Positions 61,201-64,000 of a DNA stretch of 64,000 bases are shown here, in pieces (position 1 is the first letter of the stretch; the number at the start of each line of letters is the position of its first letter). The stretch spans positions 101,073 to 165,072 of the IMG/VR virus record IMGVR_UViG_3300031994_002305. The stretch is one strand, 5' to 3'. The stretch comes from a virus (taxonomy: Duplodnaviria; Heunggongvirae; Uroviricota; Caudoviricetes). A program made the translations under genes and the position numbers. Under the pieces are notes generated by a model. The model saw only the letters and a list, made by a program, of their open reading frames with translations, ran no database searches and was not told where the DNA came from.

Positions 61201-61882
61201 CATATTGCTTTGCATATTTCATTAACACAATATATATGTATGAATACTTATGACGGAAATTACAAATATATTCAATTTTTCTTGCATGAGTATCAATTGA
61301 TATTGGTGTAATTTTCGTCCACACGTGACAAGATTTTCCTGATGCAGAAATACAACATCCTAAAAACCAATTATATTGTTGTAATTCTTTAAAAAGAACT
61401 TGCTTTAAATTTAATGCTAATGCTTCATCTTTAATATCAATATCTATGATCTGAAGTCCATTCCAAACATTATAAGACATATCACCTATAGGACGTTGAT
61501 TTGAAGATGAAGAATATACAACCTTTCTTTTTATTTTTTCAACTCCTTTATAAGTTGGGTCTTTCATTAAATTATAAATATCACCCCAGTTCCAAATAAT
61601 GCCAGTCTTTTCATAAATACTATTAATTACCAATGTTTCAATAAATTGTAATTGATCTGAAAAGAAATCTTCCTGTTCATCCTCTGAACATTCACTATAA
61701 TTTGGTGAACTATAATTTTTTTCTATTATATTTTCATTAACTTCAGTTAATTCACTATAATCGTTAGAAATCTGACTAAATGAAGTTAAAATATCTGTTA
61801 TTGACTTTTCTTTATTTTTATAAGCATCATTAATTTGCTTTAAATAATTTCCTAATTTATTATCAAATGTTAATTCTGACAT
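58244..61882 (-). CDS. primase-polymerase-like domain fused to a superfamily 2 helicase
   Basis: IIDIDIKD, SASGKSCHVW, DMAMCK (AEP/BT4734-like); EAGAGYGKT, IVIDESH, MTGTP, TTYLSVGVDI, QFANRLR (SF2). Confidence 0.75.
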   Translation of the reverse strand: MSELTFDNKLGNYLKQINDAYKNKEKSITDILTSFSQISNDYSELTEVNENIIEKNYSSPNYSECSEDEQEDFFSDQLQFIETLVINSIYEKTGIIWNWGDIYNLMKDPTYKGVEKIKRKVVYSSSSNQRPIGDMSYNVWNGLQIIDIDIKDEALALNLKQVLFKELQQYNWFLGCCISASGKSCHVWTKITPISIDTHARKIEYICNFRHKYSYIYIVLMKYAKQYGYTKEDIFKYMDMAMCKPQQGIFIAADNNALLNTNFRDLRLDVNFESAFHSGVSSIDWITHPDLKDIFHKLEWFTDDKTEQENIEITNISGINERDVSKSSGRKHYKHAQRWQLANTLTSIYGEDKALQIMIEICEGTPKQELRGDVKTASIHNKPISVWAVRELNKYHGFKLQVKADNMYTDEMKNLEKELAESNIDCDPTKILNDHTSSVILHMKSNQYLSDLKDDIIGNLSHITLLEAGAGYGKTEMIKSLKAKTLLILPFTSTIKAKVEADTKTSDWLYYYGNKRPTLDEILGDHNMSMTIDKFSRLNVFELDQAKFEYIVIDESHLLFTSSYRDVMSPAIQRLANCKAKVIMMTGTPTGEMLFFPNIKHIKVIKEDHRIKEFEINMVPRKMEKLIEMCSSMAKDIIDGRKILFPTNKGNLYYDQITGLVQKYLTKFKYPKDLHTFYYKKSNYGEETMESINIDKSIGNNDIILCTTYLSVGVDICDKYRFSVYFNEPWIAQDIEQFANRLRNNDLYIKMFLEKEDSTGVPINYYYTQPLDLNFSEKDLLFARDLIHTCNDMLERNNEESKYNPLIQSLLSSNRYLKYDENDCRYYIDETTYKLKVFEERYTEYSKQLEVLTNGMKYYGYTVITNEINNRVSEDKEVEAEDFLKECRHNRYSYITTETFKFLDHLSDGNIDTYKELLKGSYEVFKDDQYKVEREENNIYASDIEILERNIPIVMSLYKFYDCKTIRDIFEYCIDKKQNKINYTKLTRIRRFVSIEANRKKKRLDFPVLKFVKQTRDWVLAHSSTTEMEINKYLADYSVAYANSVKNLVVDDKEYLETIFELTKDLWKVIVLQSRPSKGQIGVVPFELLWEKKTDLEDFYGGSSLTKEFFAEELVNDMRDEIEEDDELINKPFEITEKKKLSDVSSELPNVIHKPYGYYEYAEMDDSNNRFLRKQESTNSLRDNIFGQDVDTLEDKQNKAIHKEQTLFESIE

Positions 61883-62009
61883 TTAATACCACACGACATA
61901 TTTTTACTTTTATTAACATAGTTTGTAATTAATGAATGTTTCAAACTAAAATACAAATAAAAATTTAATTATTTTTATATAAAATTTATATTAATTTAAT
62001 ATAGAAATT

Positions 62010-62852
62010 ATGCAAAATTGTGTTCAACAAACTCAAAATAATATAAACATGGAACAATTTCTAAAAATGAAAGCACAGACAGAAGATCAAATGGATTATG
62101 CTTTCATTAAAAGAATTATTCAGGAAATTACACAATCTTGTGCATTGCCATTACCATTACCTGCTTCAGCTATCCCACCACTTATCTATCAAGCAGCAAG
62201 TTATTTTTGGGAGAATTACGATTTAGCAGTAGAGGAGAGATATTATTGTGTTCGTAATGAAGATTTTTGTAAATACGGACCTAATAATGTAATTACATTG
62301 CCACAACGTATCATATCAGTATTTGGTGTATATAAAACAACAGATAGTTTTAATTATGGAGTAATGGGCGACTTCTCATTAGAACGTATGATATTAAATA
62401 ATTCTGCATTAGCATCTGGTGCTGGTGGTACATTATCTGATGTATTTGGTTCAGGAACAGGTTATAATTTAACTGATGTTATGGGAGCATTATATGAAGT
62501 TCAAACATATAAAGCAATGTTCGATACACCATTAACATTTAACTTTAATCCTTATTCTCATAAGTTAGTTATATTAGGTGCATTAGGACATTCCGATTTA
62601 ATACTACAATGTTTCTTAAGATGCAAAATACAAGATCTTTATCAATTATATTATTTCTTTAGATATTGTGTTTGTTTAGGAATGAGAGGTTTAGCGACAA
62701 TTATTGGTTCTTATGAATTTAAGATGCCTGGTAATGTAGCAATTAATTATCAAAGATTTCACGATATGGCAGTTGATGAAATGGACAAGATACATGAGTG
62801 GATAATTTCTCAGCACAGTGCAGACTATTTCTTTAATTCAAATTCAATTTAA
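62010..62852 (+). CDS. T4 gp13-like neck/head-completion protein
   Basis: C-terminal KMPGNVAINYQRF resembles gp13 LPGGVTIDGQRL; N-terminal QAASYFWENY helix is gp13-like. Confidence 0.65.
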   Translation: MQNCVQQTQNNINMEQFLKMKAQTEDQMDYAFIKRIIQEITQSCALPLPLPASAIPPLIYQAASYFWENYDLAVEERYYCVRNEDFCKYGPNNVITLPQRIISVFGVYKTTDSFNYGVMGDFSLERMILNNSALASGAGGTLSDVFGSGTGYNLTDVMGALYEVQTYKAMFDTPLTFNFNPYSHKLVILGALGHSDLILQCFLRCKIQDLYQLYYFFRYCVCLGMRGLATIIGSYEFKMPGNVAINYQRFHDMAVDEMDKIHEWIISQHSADYFFNSNSI

Positions 62853-63068
62853 TTAATTTATAAAATAGAGGCTTATGAATTTATTTGAATATTTAAAAAA
62901 TTACAAAGATCCTGGTGTTCAGCAAACATACGGAGATATAATAAATGGTACAAATGATATTACTGAAAATATGAATTATATTGAACGTATGACATATCAA
63001 CAAATTAAAACATCAGATAGAAAGCGATTAATTGAGTCAGGAAGAATATCAAATAGTAATTAAATGTT

Positions 63069-63308
63069 ATGGATATAAAACAAAGTTTATCATATAGATC
63101 TGATGAATATGCAACATACAATCGTATAGGAAATAATAAATATGATTATGTAAGAAATGGTATACTAAATAAAACATTGCCAAAAATTTTATTTAAAGGC
63201 AATTCAATATTAGTTACATTCTTACAATTAATTGATTTGCGTATTATTATGATGCTAAAATATGTAGATAAATTAAAACGATTTAAATATATAACATGGT
63301 ATGAATAA
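63069..63308 (+). CDS. hypothetical protein
   Basis: 79 aa ORF. Confidence 0.65.
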   Translation: MDIKQSLSYRSDEYATYNRIGNNKYDYVRNGILNKTLPKILFKGNSILVTFLQLIDLRIIMMLKYVDKLKRFKYITWYE

Positions 63309-63342
63309 GGAGAACACAACATAATGTTCTCCTTGTTTTTTT
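63307..63342 (+). terminator. terminator
   Basis: AAGGAGAACA...TGTTCTCCTT plus T-run. Confidence 0.75.
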
Positions 63343-63405
63343 CTTTAATTATTATAACAATTGTATATTTTTATATATAAACAAATAATATTAGTAAATT
63401 TATTA

Positions 63406-64000
63406 ATGGAATTCGTAGATAATACAGGTCACATATTTTCATTGCCTTCTTTTGATGAAAAACCAATAGGATATGAATATGAAGAATACTCTTATGTATT
63501 TTGGATAGATACAAATACATCACATTTATCTGTTAATAATTATTATTCAAAACCTATATATGCACTTTATCAATTACAATCTAATTTTGATGAGAATAAT
63601 TTAGATATTGAAATTTATTGTGAAAAATCAAATGTATTTAAATTATTGTCATCTTCAAAATTACGTGATTATATATTTTCAGATAAGTATAATAACTTAA
63701 ATGATTATATTGATTTAAATAATTTAATAGATAATGAATCATTAGTTAAATCAAGATTAACTAATGATGATTTGGTTGTTTACAAAACAACAGAAACTAT
63801 TGAACGTGGTGATAAAAATCATAAACGAACATCTGATTTAGATTATTTGTTAATTCCTATATATCCAATTGCAATGTGTAATGAAGAAGGCACTTGGATA
63901 ACTAATATTATGATTCATATTTATGATAAGAAAATAAATCATAATGAATGGTGTTATATTTCAGTAGGAGGAGAATTTATTAATGAATATGAAGAATTAA
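63406..64000 (+). CDS. 5' part of a long ORF running off the window (not in track), probably structural
   Basis: hand translation MEFVDNTGHIFSLPS... open for 198 codons to the window end. Confidence 0.8.
   Translation, partial: MEFVDNTGHIFSLPSFDEKPIGYEYEEYSYVFWIDTNTSHLSVNNYYSKPIYALYQLQSNFDENNLDIEIYCEKSNVFKLLSSSKLRDYIFSDKYNNLNDYIDLNNLIDNESLVKSRLTNDDLVVYKTTETIERGDKNHKRTSDLDYLLIPIYPIAMCNEEGTWITNIMIHIYDKKINHNEWCYISVGGEFINEYEEL

Noticed and set aside
1-64000. TAG-to-Gln recoding (code 15) as in Lak megaphages, suggested by AT-richness and the likely Bacteroidetes host
   Set aside because: Long genes (1212, 758, 648 aa and the gp13-like gene) are open in code 11. TAG ends genes cleanly at 22116, 26162, 29786, 30248 and 39370, often at a terminator or just before the next start.
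1-64000. CRISPR array, integrase/transposase, homing endonuclease or intein
   Set aside because: No regularly spaced direct repeats and no recognisable motifs seen by eye; the promoter repeats are irregular and each precedes a gene.

Overview
Very AT-rich, densely coding 64 kb segment of a large tailed phage genome (T4-like/jumbo type; a gp13-like neck gene lies near the right end). The host is probably a Bacteroidetes bacterium, judged from SD-less A-rich starts, TAnnTTTG-like promoter ends and a Bacteroidetes-type bL12 fragment. The standard genetic code applies. The + strand is mostly short hypothetical early-type genes behind a repeated TTTGAA-N17-TATATT promoter, plus host-manipulation genes: tmRNA, PncA/PncB/NadE NAD+ salvage, EEP phosphodiesterase, 3'-5' exonuclease, ADP-ribosylglycohydrolase, DnaK/DnaJ, formate/nitrite channel, CX5R phosphatase, TROVE/Ro60, HAD, DUF1848 and an RNA ligase. 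The - strand islands carry two multidomain glycosyltransferases, a 1212-aa primase-SF2 helicase and about 12 unrelated proteins sharing a 10-residue leader ending in Glu that matches the register of the T4 capsid-targeting sequence. Main leads: the capsid-targeting-like cargo set, a deamidated phage NAD+ salvage route, an N-terminal-only bL12 mimic, and three candidate structured RNAs (after tmRNA, after TROVE, and a tRNA-antisense leader on the ligase). All family calls come from recalled motifs and hand-folding; no database search or folding program was run.
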